DNA from: Candidatus Hermodarchaeota archaeon | GTDB lineage: Archaea > Asgardarchaeota > Lokiarchaeia > Sigyniarchaeales > SOKP01 | Length of the DNA: 64,000 nucleotides | Assembly: GCA_048885525.1 (NCBI GenBank) | Contig: JBHLLP010000001.1 | Span: 97,227 to 161,226 of the forward strand | Reading direction: 5' to 3' | Shown here: positions 61,385 through 64,000 of the stretch, piece by piece | Position numbering within the stretch: position 1 is the stretch's first letter | Layout of the letters: each line of letters starts with the position of its first letter | Notes under the pieces: generated by a model | What the model was told of the DNA's origin: nothing | The model's input: the letters and a program-made list of their open reading frames with translations, nothing else | Database searches by the model: none | Position numbers and translations under genes: made by a program

Positions 61385-62158
61385 ATGTCTTTAGAGGAGA
61401 AAATTGAAAAACTTACTGAATTAATCATTGAATCCAATAATGTAGTAGCATTAACAGGAGCAGGAATGTCAACCGAGAGTGGGATTGCAGACTTTAGAAC
61501 TCCGGGGACTGGTCTATGGGAAAAAGTAGATCCGTATGAATTCGCATCGATTCACTCTTATATCGCTAATACTAGTAAGAATTTAGAATTTATGCTCGAA
61601 ACGGGAAGAAATATTTTTAGAGCAAGACCAAACAAAGGGCATAGAGCATTGACCAAACTTCAAAAACTTGGAAAGTTAGAAGGAGTTCTTACCCAAAATA
61701 TTGATAGATTACATCATAAAGCAAGAACTAAAAATATAGTTGAATTTCATGGAAATGCTTATGAAGCAAAATGTTTAACATGTGGTCAAGTTTACGAAAT
61801 AACAGTAATGGTTAACCAAGTTATGAAAGGGAATTATTCACCTTCTTGTGAGAAATGTAGAGGAATGCTAAAACCAAATGCTATTTTTTTCGGTGAACCT
61901 CTTGAATCTGCTACACTAGAAGCCGCAGATGTTATGATTGCTGAATGTGATTTGCTGTTAGTTCTTGGTTCTTCTCTTGTAGTTTATCCAGTTGCATTTT
62001 ATCCTCAGAAAGCTCTGTCAATTGGAGCAAAATTAGCGATTATAAATATACAAGAAACTGATATGGATTCATTAGCAAATGTTGTAATTCATGAGAAGAT
62101 AGGGGACATTCTTCCTGAAATAGTATCTATTGTTGAAAATAAAATGACTAAAAATTAA
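61385..62158 (+). CDS. cobB: Sir2/CobB NAD-dependent protein deacylase
   Basis: GAGMSTESGIADFR, TQNID, HG, CxxC...CxxC, GSSLVVYP. Confidence 0.95.
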   Translation: MSLEEKIEKLTELIIESNNVVALTGAGMSTESGIADFRTPGTGLWEKVDPYEFASIHSYIANTSKNLEFMLETGRNIFRARPNKGHRALTKLQKLGKLEGVLTQNIDRLHHKARTKNIVEFHGNAYEAKCLTCGQVYEITVMVNQVMKGNYSPSCEKCRGMLKPNAIFFGEPLESATLEAADVMIAECDLLLVLGSSLVVYPVAFYPQKALSIGAKLAIINIQETDMDSLANVVIHEKIGDILPEIVSIVENKMTKN

Positions 62159-62184
62159 AAATTTAGAAAACATAAAAACTGCTA

Positions 62185-62925
62185 TTAGTATTCCATCTTT
62201 TTTATAGAATTTTTATTAATTAACACCAAAACTATTGATATTAGAGTAATTATTGATAAAAATAGGATAATATCTAAATCTCCTATATCTTTTTTTTGAT
62301 TTGCTGTATATGATATAAATGTTAAAACTGATATTACATTATTGTTGCTTTTAACTTCTTCTTTTATTAATAATCCTTTTTCATTATAGGTAAGAATAAT
62401 TTGATCATTAGCAATATCAATAGTTACTGTGTTGTTAATAATGGTTGCAGACCAATTAGTATATCCTTCCACGAATGCTTTTACAATATTTACATCTACA
62501 GGGTCATTCGGAATAACAAAATATCCTCCGTAGCCCAACATTAAAAGATTATTCATGCATTCGTTATATCTAAAATACTGAAGGGTTTTATTATATGCTA
62601 AAAAAGCCTTATTTTGGTATTTTATTGAGTTTACAATTATCACTTCATATTTGTTTGTACTTGAATTGAGCGCACTGATGGTAATATTGACTCCCAAAGC
62701 CTCAACTGGGTCATAAATCTTAGATAAATCTATAAAATCTACTTTAAATATCATTACTCCCGGAGCTGTATATTGATCAAAATCATACTCAATGAAACCT
62801 TCCTCATCTATCGGGAGTGAGGTACCTCCAAGTTGGAAATCAGCAAAAATTGGATTTAAAATACAGGAAAAAATTAAAAAAGATATTAATATATCCCCCA
62901 AAATATACTTTTTTAATTTCATCAA
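62185..62925 (-). CDS. Secreted/surface protein with C-terminal membrane anchor
   Basis: N-terminal signal-like segment, several NxS/T sequons, C-terminal TM plus basic tail. Confidence 0.75.
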   Translation of the reverse strand: MMKLKKYILGDILISFLIFSCILNPIFADFQLGGTSLPIDEEGFIEYDFDQYTAPGVMIFKVDFIDLSKIYDPVEALGVNITISALNSSTNKYEVIIVNSIKYQNKAFLAYNKTLQYFRYNECMNNLLMLGYGGYFVIPNDPVDVNIVKAFVEGYTNWSATIINNTVTIDIANDQIILTYNEKGLLIKEEVKSNNNVISVLTFISYTANQKKDIGDLDIILFLSIITLISIVLVLINKNSIKKMEY

Positions 62926-63034
62926 AAGTTAATGGTTTACATTCATAAAAAAACTTTTCCTAATTTATTTTCTAAGGCACATAAACTTAAGTTTAAGAAA
63001 TAAGAAAAAAATTATTAATAAAATATTGATTAAG

Positions 63035-64000
63035 TTAACCGGATCTTAGAATTTTCTTATCAATCTTTCCAATAACAGTTAAAGGAAGCTCTTCTGAAAA
63101 TTCTATTAATTTGGGAACTTCATATGGCGCTAAATTATCTTTAGAAAATTGAATTATGTCTTCCTTTAATGCTTCTTTATTTCCATCAAATTCATAATCT
63201 GGATTAATTTGAATAAATGCTTTAACAATTTCAGATCCAGGTCTTTCGGGATTAGGGAGTCCGATTAAGGCGACCATTCCAATTGCAGGATGTTTTGCTA
63301 AAGTATCTTCTACTTTTGCTGAAAATACTTTAAAGCCACCAACAATTATCATGTCTTTCGTACGATCGACGATCCTTATATAACCATCTCCATCCATTAT
63401 CCCAACGTCACCAGTATGCATATATCCATCTTTGTCGATGGTTTTAGCTGTTTCTTCAGGTTTATTATAATATCCTTGCATAACTAATGGACCTTTTACA
63501 CAAAGCTCTCCGGGTTCTTCTAATGGGACTACTTCATTCGTTTCAGGATTGACAATCTTTAAATCGACATTTAAAAATGGTAAACCTACTGTACCTAATT
63601 TTTTCGTGCCTATAGAAGGATTCATACTCGCAACTGGTGAAAGTTCGGTCATTCCCCAAAGTTCCAATAGTTTTTCTTTACCTACTACGCTTTCTAATGC
63701 TTCTTGAGATTCTTTTGGAAATGGAGCTGCTGCGGAAATACACAATCTTAAATCAGAGTGATCTAACCTTTTAAATTTACGAAAATTAATTAAAATTTGA
63801 TAGAGGGAAGGTACATTTACAAGCATAGTAGGTCGATATTTTTTCATTTCATTACAAATATGTAATGCATCACGTGGATTAGCAATAATAACTTGACTCA
63901 TGCCGTTATAAATAGCACCTTGACACACTGTTAAACCTGCAATATGAAACATAGGAAATCCTGATAATAAAACTCCTTTTCCTTCTTCCCATTGAAGCCA
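63035..64000 (-). CDS. Long-chain fatty acid-CoA ligase (AMP-forming), 5'-truncated by the window
   Basis: PMFHIAG, WGMTE, GELCVKGP, HTGD, DRTKDMI, GKIDKK; frame open to 64000. Confidence 0.93.
   Translation of the reverse strand, partial: WLQWEEGKGVLLSGFPMFHIAGLTVCQGAIYNGMSQVIIANPRDALHICNEMKKYRPTMLVNVPSLYQILINFRKFKRLDHSDLRLCISAAAPFPKESQEALESVVGKEKLLELWGMTELSPVASMNPSIGTKKLGTVGLPFLNVDLKIVNPETNEVVPLEEPGELCVKGPLVMQGYYNKPEETAKTIDKDGYMHTGDVGIMDGDGYIRIVDRTKDMIIVGGFKVFSAKVEDTLAKHPAIGMVALIGLPNPERPGSEIVKAFIQINPDYEFDGNKEALKEDIIQFSKDNLAPYEVPKLIEFSEELPLTVIGKIDKKILRSG

Noticed and set aside
1-64000. tRNA, rRNA, integrase, transposase or defence genes
   Set aside because: No GC-rich structured RNA segments or recognisable motifs seen by eye; tRNAscan-SE or Infernal would be needed to exclude small RNAs

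Overview
A very AT-rich, gene-dense archaeal chromosomal segment. It most likely comes from an Asgard archaeon of the Lokiarchaeia type. This is inferred from archaeal information-processing genes (TFB, RFC, proteasome alpha) occurring with a Rab-like small GTPase, bacterial-type grpE-dnaK-dnaJ, class II aldolase and many acyl-CoA/lipid genes. I found about 60 CDS, one nitroreductase remnant, one frameshifted membrane-protein gene, and no rRNA, tRNA, CRISPR array or mobile element. Main blocks: (1) a regulator-linked acyl-CoA operon (8.2-14.5 kb); (2) AOR and pyruvate kinase; (3) grpE-dnaK-dnaJ-tfb-fba; (4) a flavoprotein/CCG Fe-S/SCP2/CrtC-like lipid-redox cluster (32.9-40.8 kb); (5) a Zn-finger/GNAT/rfcS1/rfcS2/rfcL operon; (6) a Rab-like GTPase, psmA, a wHTH protein and a 2012-aa repeat protein. 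The strongest candidates for undescribed biology are: a three-subunit clamp loader with eukaryote-like features (a Walker-B-dead, arginine-finger-retaining small subunit, and a large subunit with an internal PIP-like motif) encoded with a Zn-finger protein and an acetyltransferase; the giant protein built of three-helix modules with a recent 369-bp tandem expansion; and the putative isoprenoid/lipid-processing cluster. All functional calls come from motif reading only; no searches were run.
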